Part shown: one piece after another, positions 57,368-64,000 of the stretch | Numbering within the stretch: the first letter of the stretch is position 1 | Layout: each line of letters begins with the position of its first letter | Assembly (NCBI GenBank): GCA_035507155.1 | Contig: DATJOK010000126.1 | Coordinates: 1,409-65,408, forward strand | DNA: 64,000 nt | Source of the DNA: Stellaceae bacterium | GTDB lineage: Bacteria > Pseudomonadota > Alphaproteobacteria > ATCC43930 > CGMCC-115725 | Reading direction: 5' to 3' | Notes under the pieces: model-generated | Told to the model about the DNA's origin: nothing | Seen by the model: the letters and a program-made list of their open reading frames with translations, nothing else | The model's database searches: none | Program-made: the position numbers and the translations under genes

Positions 57368-58348
57368 TCAATCCATCTCGACAACCAGTTTGCCGTGGGC
57401 GCCGCGCTCGCCGAGAACGCGATGGGCCTCGCCCACCGTCTCCAGGGTGAAGCGCCGGGGATCGACGATCGGCGCGAGCTGCCCGCTCTCCGCCAGCCGC
57501 ATCGCCGCGCGGAGGATCTCGCCATGATGCCGGCGCCCCTCGCCGGTGAGCAGCGGCAGCAGGGTGAAGACGCCCGAGTAGGTCCCGCCGCGAAACGACA
57601 GCGGCGCCAGGGCATGGGTGCCCCAGCCCAGCGCGCTTACCACGTGTCCGAAGCGGCGGATCGCCAGGAAGGACGCATCGAGGGTCGCGCCGCCGACGGT
57701 GTCGTAGACGAGATCGAAGCCCGCGCCGCCGGTGCAACGCCTGACATAGTCCTCGACGGCCTCGGCGCGATGGTCGATGAAGGCGGCACCGAGCCGCTCG
57801 ATCGCGGCGCGCTGCGGCGCGGACCCGGTGGCGAAGACTTCCGCGCCCCGCGCCTTGGCGAGCTGGATGGCGACATGGCCGACGCCGCCTGCGCCGCCAT
57901 GGATCAGCACTTTCTGGCCGGCGCCGACGGCAGCGCGGTCGACGAGCCCTTCCCAGGCGGTGATGAAGACGAGCGGCAGCGCCGCCGCTTCACGCATCGA
58001 GAGCCCGGCCGGCTTCGGCGCCAGCAGATCGGCGTCGACGGCGGCAAACTCGGCGAGCGTGCCCTGGTGGCCGCCGACGCCGCCCACCATGCCGTAAACC
58101 GCGTCCCCGGGCCGGAACCCGCCGACGCCGGGCCCCACCGCCGCCACGACGCCGGCAGCGTCGAGCCCGAGTATCGCCGGCAACGGATGGCGCGCGTGCG
58201 GTGCCGCCGCGGCGGCGATCTTGAGGTCGAGCGGGTTGATCCCGCTCGCCGCGATCCGCAGCAGCACCTGGCCCGGTCCCGGACCAGGCTTGGGCAGCCG
58301 GGCGAGGCGGAACGCCGCGCCGGGCGCGTCGAGAACGGCGGCGGTCAT
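57368..58348 (-). CDS. Zinc-type alcohol dehydrogenase / NADPH:quinone reductase (MDR family)
   Basis: Track ORF 57368..58411. The start is at ATG 58348 (MTAAVLDAPGAAFRLARLPKP...). It carries VLIHGGAGGVGHVAIQLAK. It is divergent from a LysR gene. Confidence 0.88.
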   Translation of the reverse strand: MTAAVLDAPGAAFRLARLPKPGPGPGQVLLRIAASGINPLDLKIAAAAAPHARHPLPAILGLDAAGVVAAVGPGVGGFRPGDAVYGMVGGVGGHQGTLAEFAAVDADLLAPKPAGLSMREAAALPLVFITAWEGLVDRAAVGAGQKVLIHGGAGGVGHVAIQLAKARGAEVFATGSAPQRAAIERLGAAFIDHRAEAVEDYVRRCTGGAGFDLVYDTVGGATLDASFLAIRRFGHVVSALGWGTHALAPLSFRGGTYSGVFTLLPLLTGEGRRHHGEILRAAMRLAESGQLAPIVDPRRFTLETVGEAHRVLGERGAHGKLVVEMD

Positions 58349-58487
58349 GGTGTCGGCATCGGTCACGGTGCTGCTCCCGGCTGGTCTTGCTTGCGGCTTC
58401 GATGTGCGCAATGTGGCCCCTTCTTCCGTGCATGAAAAGCCAAGATCCTATACGCTTGCCATGCAGATTTGTTTGGAGAAGGCACCG

Positions 58488-59339
58488 ATGGAATGGAGCG
58501 ATCTCCGCATCTTCCTGGCGATCGCCCGCGAGGGCACGCTCGGCGCCGCGGCCCGCAAGCTCGGCCAGACCCAGCCCACCATGGGACGCCGCCTGCGCGC
58601 CCTGGAGAGCGCGGTCGGACAGACGCTGTTCCAGCGGACACCCGCGGGTTTCGTGCTGACCGACGAGGGCGATTCGGTGCTGGCCCATGCCGAGCGCATC
58701 GAAGAGGAAGCCCTCGCTCTGGAGCGGCAGCTCGCGGGCCAGGGCGCCGAGCTCCAGGGCATGCTGCGCCTGTCCTCCTCCGACTGGTTCGGCATCCACG
58801 TGCTGGCGCCGGTGCTGGCGGAGTTCGGCCGGGCGCATCCGAGAGTCTGCGTCGAGCTGCTGACCGATGCGCGCTTCTACAGCCTGGCGCGGCGCGAGGC
58901 GGACATCGTCCTCCGCATCAGCCGCTTCGACGAGACCGACGTGATCGCGCGCCGGCTGCTCCGCGTGTCCTACGGTCTCTATGGCGCCAAAGGGACGAAA
59001 CGGCCGCGACCAGGCGACGGCACCGGCATGCGGGTCGTCACCATGGATGTTGCCTTCGCCGAGATGCCCGATGCGCTCTGGCTGAAGCGCATCCTGCCCA
59101 AGGCGGAGGTGGCCTTCCGCAGCAACAATCGCGATGTCCAGGCGCGTCTCTGCGCGGCAGGCGCCGGGCTCGCCGTGCTGCCGCGGCCGCTCGGCGATGC
59201 GATGCCGGGCCTCGTCCACCTCGACATCGGCGAGGCGCCGCCGGGACGGGATACTTTCCTTGGCTACCATCGCGACCTCCGCCGGCTGCCGCGGCTGCGG
59301 GCGCTGATCGATCTCCTGACCGAGCGTCTGGCCGATTGA
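58488..59339 (+). CDS. LysR-family transcriptional regulator
   Basis: It is in the frame of track ORF 58221..59339, starting at ATG 58488, preceded by GGAGAAGG. The HTH is MEWSDLRIFLAIAREGTLGAAARKLGQTQPTMGRRLRALE. Confidence 0.9.
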   Translation: MEWSDLRIFLAIAREGTLGAAARKLGQTQPTMGRRLRALESAVGQTLFQRTPAGFVLTDEGDSVLAHAERIEEEALALERQLAGQGAELQGMLRLSSSDWFGIHVLAPVLAEFGRAHPRVCVELLTDARFYSLARREADIVLRISRFDETDVIARRLLRVSYGLYGAKGTKRPRPGDGTGMRVVTMDVAFAEMPDALWLKRILPKAEVAFRSNNRDVQARLCAAGAGLAVLPRPLGDAMPGLVHLDIGEAPPGRDTFLGYHRDLRRLPRLRALIDLLTERLAD

Positions 59340-59513
59340 GGCACCCTCTCGCATCCACGCGACTGCCGAAAGCTGACAGCGGCCGCTGCCGTGGTTGTGG
59401 ACGTTTGTCGGTATCTCCTCGTCCCGCCGAGCGCGCAACGCTGCGGAGGATCGCTTTCCAGGGATCGCGCTGCCGCCCTATCATCGACGGCTATATAGGC
59501 TCGGGAGGAGCAC

Positions 59514-59732
59514 GTGGCGACGCTGATCCGCAAGGCGCTGGAATACATCCCCAAGGAGCAGCTGGTCATCAGCACCGATTGCGGCTTCGGCCGCGAGGGG
59601 CTGTCGCGGCGGATCGCCTTCTACAAATGCGTGGCGCTGGTGGAAGGCACCAACATCGTCCGCCGCGAGCTCGGATTGCCGGAAGCGCGCGTCCGCGCCG
59701 CCGATCCGAAACTGTGGTTCACGGGGCAGTGA
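59514..59732 (+). pseudogene. C-terminal remnant (72 codons) of a cobalamin-independent methionine synthase (MetE C-domain/UROD-like) family gene
   Basis: VATLIRKALEYIPKEQLVISTDCGFGREGLSRRIAFYKCVALVEGTNIVRREL matches only the last ~70 residues of ~340-370-aa family members. An in-frame TAG lies 5 codons upstream. GGGAGGAG lies 4 nt before the GTG. Confidence 0.55.
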
Positions 59733-59767
59733 TACCGAGCCATCAAGCAGAAGGAGAGGTCCAGAAC

Positions 59768-60463
59768 ATGCACTACGATCCGCGTGCCCCCGAGCGTCCG
59801 CTGCCCTTCGATCCCTTCAAGAGCTGCACCGTGCCGCGGCCGATCGGCTGGATCTCCACCATCTCGCGCGACGGGCGGCCGAACCTCGCGCCCTTCAGCC
59901 AGTGGCAGAACATCACCTACGATCCGCCGATCGTCATGTTCTCGGCCGACCAGCATGTGGACGGACGCAAGAAGGACACCGTCGCCAATGCCGAGGAGAC
60001 CGGCTATTTCGTCTGGAACATGGCGACCTACGCCCTGCGCGACGCGGTGAACATCACCGCGATGCCGGTCGCCCGGGATGTGGACGAATTCGAGCTCGCG
60101 GGGCTGACCAAGGCGGCCTGCATCGAGGCGCCGGGGCCCCGCGTCGCCGAGAGCCCTTGTCACTTCGAGTGCAAGTATCTCACGACCCTGCGCTTCCGCG
60201 GCACCACGAGGTTGTCCGACGCCGACGTGGTGTTCGGGCAGGTGGTGCGCGTCCACATCCGCGAGGACGTCGTGCTCCCCTCCGGCAAGCTCGACATCGT
60301 CAAGATCAGGCCGCTGGCGCGGCTCGGCTATTACGACTACACGAGCGTCACCGATAGCTTCGAGATGCGCATACCCGGCGCCGACGTGGCGGAGTTGGCG
60401 GGGCTGGAAGGACGGCCGAGACCGCGTCCGACAATGACCGCGGGCGATGAGCAGTCGACGTGA
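59768..60463 (+). CDS. Flavin reductase family protein
   Basis: ATG 59768 follows AAGGAGAGG, in the frame of track ORF 58469..60463. It carries PRPIGWISTISRDGRPNLAPFSQWQNITYDPPIVMFS and ESPCHFECK. Confidence 0.85.
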   Translation: MHYDPRAPERPLPFDPFKSCTVPRPIGWISTISRDGRPNLAPFSQWQNITYDPPIVMFSADQHVDGRKKDTVANAEETGYFVWNMATYALRDAVNITAMPVARDVDEFELAGLTKAACIEAPGPRVAESPCHFECKYLTTLRFRGTTRLSDADVVFGQVVRVHIREDVVLPSGKLDIVKIRPLARLGYYDYTSVTDSFEMRIPGADVAELAGLEGRPRPRPTMTAGDEQST

Positions 60464-60621
60464 GGTTTGGTGGCGCGCTGACCGCCAGGTTGACGGCGGC
60501 GGCGCAAGGCCGTCGCTGATCGCGACGCTCGCGACCGCGAAAAAACGCGATCGCCTCTGTCGGCGTGGCGGGACGCTGTTCGTCCTTTGGCCAGCGAAAC
60601 CCATTCGAACAGGAGACCGAG

Positions 60622-61281
60622 ATGCGCAGAATAGTCGTTTCAGCCTTCACCAGCCTCGACGGCATCATGCAGGCGCCGGGCGGCCCGCAGGAGGATCCGA
60701 CCGGCGGCTTCACCTTCGGCGGCTGGACCTTCCCTCATTTCGACCCGGCGCTTGGCGGCGCCATGGGCGAGATCTTCGGCCGGCCCTTCGATCTCCTGCT
60801 CGGCCGAAAGACCTATGACATCTTCGCGGCGTATTGGCCATACGTTGCCGATCCCAACGACCCGATCGCCGGCCTCTTCAACAAGGTGACCAAATACGTG
60901 GCCTCGCGCTCGAGCCCGACGCTCGCCTGGCAGAACAGCCGTCTTCTCGGTCAGGACGCCGTCGCCGCGCTGAAGCAGCTCAAGAGCGCGGACGGCCCCG
61001 ACCTCCTCGTCCAGGGCTCGAGCGACTTCCTGCAGACGCTGTGGCAGCACGATCTCGTCGACGAGCTCACCGTGCTGACCTTCCCGCTGCTGCTCGGCAA
61101 GGGCAAGCGCCTGTTCGGCGACGGCGCGGCGCCAGCGGGGCTGAAGCTGGTCAAGTCGAAGTCCTACCCGACCGGGGTCATCGTCGCGACCTACCAGCCC
61201 GACGGTGCGGTCAAGACTGGCAGCTTCCCGCCCGTCGAGCCGAACGCTGCCGAGCTCGAACGGCGGCGCAATCTCACCTGA
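60622..61281 (+). CDS. Dihydrofolate reductase-like (RibD C-terminal domain) family protein
   Basis: Track ORF 60565..61281. ATG 60622 follows AGGAGA. It carries MRRIVVSAFTSLDGIMQAPGGPQED...LLLGRKTYDIFAAYWP...LLVQGSSDFLQTL. Confidence 0.85.
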   Translation: MRRIVVSAFTSLDGIMQAPGGPQEDPTGGFTFGGWTFPHFDPALGGAMGEIFGRPFDLLLGRKTYDIFAAYWPYVADPNDPIAGLFNKVTKYVASRSSPTLAWQNSRLLGQDAVAALKQLKSADGPDLLVQGSSDFLQTLWQHDLVDELTVLTFPLLLGKGKRLFGDGAAPAGLKLVKSKSYPTGVIVATYQPDGAVKTGSFPPVEPNAAELERRRNLT

Positions 61282-61320
61282 AGAGCGCGCGCGATCGCCG
61301 CAAGCGGGCGCCGGCCGGGG

Positions 61321-61947
61321 TCACCTCGGCCGGTGGCGCGGCAGAAGATCTCGCGGAATCGCCTTCAGCCGGCTCCGCGAATTCCCCTGTCGGCGCGCCT
61401 CCGCTCGCGCCGACAGCCATGCCCGCGTCTCCTCGAGCACCTCGGCGGAGAGCGCGGGGTCGCTGCTGGCGCGCGCCAGGATCATCGCGCCCACCATCGC
61501 AGCCCAGCTGCCGATCGCCGCTTGCCGCTTTTGCGCGGGCGTGCGGCCCGGCGCAAGAGGGCTCAGCCGCTCGATCTGCTGCCGGACACCCGCCGTCATC
61601 TTCGCGCGGATGCCGTCCGTCTCTCGGATCGTCTCGGCGGCGAGCGCCGCGGTGGGGCAGCCGCGCGCCCGATTCTCGCGATGGGACCGCGAGAGATATC
61701 CCTCGATATAGGTCGCGAGATCGCTGAGCGGCCGCGCCGCAGTCCGCGTCAGCGCCTCGGCGAGCGCCGCCGCGGCAAGCTCGTCCTTGGAGCCGAAGTA
61801 GCCGTAGAAGCCGCCATGGGTGAGCCCGGCCGCCTGCATCACCTCGGCGACCGTGACCGCCGCGAAGCCCCGCTCCTTGAACAGGAGGCCGGCGGCCTCG
61901 AGGATCCGCTGGCGGTTCGCCGCCACCTGCTCCCTGCTCACTTTCAT
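61321..61947 (-). CDS. TetR/AcrR-family transcriptional regulator
   Basis: Track ORF 61321..61977. The start is at ATG 61947, preceded by GGAGG. The HTH is AAGLLFKERGFAAVTVAEVMQAAGLTHGGFYGYFGSKDEL. Confidence 0.9.
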   Translation of the reverse strand: MKVSREQVAANRQRILEAAGLLFKERGFAAVTVAEVMQAAGLTHGGFYGYFGSKDELAAAALAEALTRTAARPLSDLATYIEGYLSRSHRENRARGCPTAALAAETIRETDGIRAKMTAGVRQQIERLSPLAPGRTPAQKRQAAIGSWAAMVGAMILARASSDPALSAEVLEETRAWLSARAEARRQGNSRSRLKAIPRDLLPRHRPR

Positions 61948-61975
61948 GTGATCGCCTCCGAACCCCGTAGCCGAC

Positions 61976-61997
61976 AAACATGATCATCATCATGTTT
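61976..61997. promoter_or_regulatory. Inverted repeat AAACATGAT-N4-ATCATGTTT, candidate TetR operator
   Basis: It has perfect 9-bp arms in the AT-rich 99-bp divergent region between the TetR and SDR genes. A second small dyad, ATGAC-T-GTCAT, is at 62009-62019. Confidence 0.45.
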
Positions 61998-62046
61998 ACT
62001 GTTACATGATGACTGTCATTAATAGGACAAGCAGGAGAATCGATCA

Positions 62047-62835
62047 ATGAGCGCGAAATCCACCGTCCTCATCACCGGCGCCTCCGCCGGCATCGGCGCG
62101 GTCTATGCCGACCGCTTCGCCCGCCGCGGCCACGACCTCGTGCTGGTGGCGCGAGACGGATCCCGCCTGAATGAGCTCGCCGCCCGCCTTCGCCACGAGG
62201 CAGGCGTCGAGGTCGACGCGCTGCGCGCCGACCTCATCGATGAGCAGGATCTCGGGCGCGTCGAGCAGCGGCTGCGCGATGACGGCCGCATCGGCATTCT
62301 CGTCAACAACGCCGGCGCTCTCCTGCGCGGCGATTTCCTCGGCCAGAGCGACGGCGAGATCGCCGGGCTGATCGCGCTCAACATCACTGCCCTCACCCGG
62401 CTCGCCCACGCGGCGGCATCGCGCTTCGCGGCCAAGGGCGGCGGCGCGATCATCAACCTGGGCTCGATCGTCGGGCTCGCCCCCGAGTACAAGCTCACGC
62501 TCTATGGCGCCACCAAGGCCTTCGTGCATTTCCTGACTCAGGGCCTGAATCTGGAGTTGGGCGCCAAGGGCGTCTATGTGCAGGCGGTGCTGCCCTCCGC
62601 CACGCGCACCGAGTTGTGGAAGCGCTCGGGGCGCGACGTCGATGCGCTGCCGGCGGCGGTGACGACCGAGGAGATGGTGGACGCCGCGCTCGTCGGCTTC
62701 GACCGGCACGAGACCGTGACGATCCCGTCGCTCCCCGATGCCGAGCAGTGGGGCGCCTACGAGGCCGCTCGCGGCGCCATGGTGCCGAACCTCATGCAGA
62801 GCCATACCGCCGAGCGCTACCGCGCCGCGCGCTGA
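62047..62835 (+). CDS. SDR family oxidoreductase
   Basis: 262 aa with TGASAGIGAVYA, NNAGAL and the catalytic YGATKAFV. SD is AGGAGA. Confidence 0.9.
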   Translation: MSAKSTVLITGASAGIGAVYADRFARRGHDLVLVARDGSRLNELAARLRHEAGVEVDALRADLIDEQDLGRVEQRLRDDGRIGILVNNAGALLRGDFLGQSDGEIAGLIALNITALTRLAHAAASRFAAKGGGAIINLGSIVGLAPEYKLTLYGATKAFVHFLTQGLNLELGAKGVYVQAVLPSATRTELWKRSGRDVDALPAAVTTEEMVDAALVGFDRHETVTIPSLPDAEQWGAYEAARGAMVPNLMQSHTAERYRAAR

Positions 62836-62852
62836 CGCAGCAGAAAGTCACG

Positions 62853-63380
62853 ATGATGAAGAGGATCCTGCTCCTGGCGGCCCTGGCAGCTCTCTCGATG
62901 GGCGCAGCGGCCGCCGCGCCGGCGCCCCACGGAGATCCGCTCGACGCCCGGACGCTCGACACCCTCCGCTCGCAGTTCGGCACGCTGATGGAGCTCGCGA
63001 ACCGGCACGACCTCAAGGCGATCCACCAGATGTTCTGGCAGTCGCCCTCGGCCCTGCTGGTCGCCAAGGGCGCCAGTCCCGCCGAGGGCAACTGGGCCGG
63101 CTACTGGGGCAACGAGGCGATCGACCGGAAGCTCCACGACATCGCCGTCTCGGGTCCCGTCGTGCTCGCGCCCGATCTCGGCAAGCTCAAGGTCGTGGGC
63201 CTGACCCGCGATCTCGCGGAATCCTACGCGCCCGTCACCATCACCGTCTCCTACGCCGGCCAGGACGGCACACCCAAACCGTTCCTGATCATCATCGACT
63301 GGATCCGGGTGAGAAAGGAATGGAAGATCGCCTCGGAGATCATCCTGCCGGTGCCGCCGGCGCCCGCCGCCAAGGGTTAG
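62853..63380 (+). CDS. Secreted protein, probable NTF2/SnoaL-like (DUF4440-type) fold
   Basis: ATG 62853 is in the frame of track ORF 62616..63380. The signal peptide is MMKRILLLAALAALSMGAAAAA. It is ~150 aa mature and ends ...IIIDWIRVRKEWKIASEIILP, as NTF2-like proteins do. The functional call is weak. Confidence 0.5.
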   Translation: MMKRILLLAALAALSMGAAAAAPAPHGDPLDARTLDTLRSQFGTLMELANRHDLKAIHQMFWQSPSALLVAKGASPAEGNWAGYWGNEAIDRKLHDIAVSGPVVLAPDLGKLKVVGLTRDLAESYAPVTITVSYAGQDGTPKPFLIIIDWIRVRKEWKIASEIILPVPPAPAAKG

Positions 63381-63424
63381 GCACGGACACGATCGGCGGC
63401 GACCGGTCCGAGCTTGCTGTCTTT

Positions 63425-63766
63425 ATGCGCGGATTGCGCGATCTCTTCCTCGACATCAAGCTGCCAGAGTCACACCCGGCCGCCGAGCAGCTGTTCGGCG
63501 CCGCCTGGTCGGCCTGCTTCATCGGCGCGATCGAGGTCGCCGCCGTCCAGAAGAAGGTCAAGCTGCCGGCGACCCCGGAGATCGACGCCCTGATCGATCT
63601 GAACACCACTGGCGGCGCCAACTTCTTCCTCCGGGCACACCTCAGCATCAAGGTGCCGGGGCTCGACAGGGAGGCGGCGCAGGCGCTGGTCGACGCGGCG
63701 CAGGGGATCTGCCCCTACTCCAAGGCGATCCACGGCAACATCGAGATGAAGACCACCCTGCTCTAA
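63425..63766 (+). CDS. Ohr/OsmC-family organic hydroperoxide resistance-like protein, N-terminally short or atypical
   Basis: It is in the frame of track ORF 62738..63766. The first ATG is at 63425. It carries AEQLFGAAWSACFIGAIEVAA (first catalytic Cys context) and GICPYSKAIHGNIEM (second Cys). The usual N-terminal ~30 residues have no start codon in frame (see findings). Confidence 0.65.
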   Translation: MRGLRDLFLDIKLPESHPAAEQLFGAAWSACFIGAIEVAAVQKKVKLPATPEIDALIDLNTTGGANFFLRAHLSIKVPGLDREAAQALVDAAQGICPYSKAIHGNIEMKTTLL

Positions 63767-63871
63767 ACCGCCCGGGTCCGGAACCCGGCCTGCGGGTGCC
63801 ATGCAAATTTGCTCTTCGCACCGGGCGGCGTCGAGATAGACTGTCGCGAGCAGAGCAGTCGGGAGCGACGA

Positions 63872-64000
63872 GTGCCATCCGAGAGTCCCCAGCCGATCGT
63901 CGCTCCGCTCACGCGCGCCGCCATTTTCCTCGTCGTAACGGTGAATGCCGGAGCGGAATGCGACACCGCGGTGCGCGCGCTCTGCGGCGATCTCTCCGCG
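63872..64000 (+). CDS. Dyp-type peroxidase family protein (5' part only; runs off the window)
   Basis: GTG 63872 is 6 nt after GGGAG. VPSESPQPIVAPLTRAAIFLVVTVNAGAECDTAVRALCGDLSA resembles the N-terminus of Dyp/YfeX-type peroxidases. Only 43 codons are visible. Confidence 0.5.
   Translation, partial: MPSESPQPIVAPLTRAAIFLVVTVNAGAECDTAVRALCGDLSA

Overview
Very GC-rich chromosomal segment of alphaproteobacterial type, densely coding on both strands. I saw no rRNA, tRNA, CRISPR array, transposase or integrase. The first ~34 kb is core housekeeping in well-known syntenic blocks: ppk1-ppx; a sixA-like phosphatase; a DUF2066/pgsA-like/perM/hdaA operon divergent from purM-purN; ndk; holC-pepA; lptF-lptG-lptD-surA-pdxA-rsmA; panB; gmk-yicC; mltG-fabF-acpP-fabG-fabD; rpsF-rpsR-rplI. 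The last ~30 kb is accessory and metabolic. It holds OsmC, an aldo/keto reductase, cfa, an acyl-CoA ligase, two two-component systems and a TonB-dependent receptor. These are followed by an islet of small genes, a GST, a ptxD-ptxE-like pair, hydrolases, a three-subunit molybdo-hydroxylase and ppk2. The window ends with LysR/TetR-controlled oxidoreductases, an Ohr-like gene and the start of a Dyp-type peroxidase. Most of the very long ORFs in the six-frame track are antisense or out-of-frame artefacts of high GC content. The observations most worth a second look are: (1) a three-gene GT2-GtrA plus two unclassified polytopic-protein cassette wedged into the normally contiguous pepA | lptFG junction; (2) an orphan T4 gp19-type contractile-tail tube gene with no other tail or injection-system genes in 64 kb; (3) a self-contained promoter/SD/38-codon ORF/intrinsic-terminator unit upstream of a two-component system, absent from the ORF track; (4) a phosphite-dehydrogenase-like ptxD-ptxE pair without the ptxABC transporter; (5) a perfect 19-bp palindrome between a sensor kinase/LuxR regulator pair and a TonB-dependent receptor. 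Smaller oddities are a purM with no canonical start codon, Arg/Gly-rich tails on S6 and S18, gene remnants and a possibly leaderless lptF. All functional calls rest on motif recognition by eye and on synteny. No database search was run.
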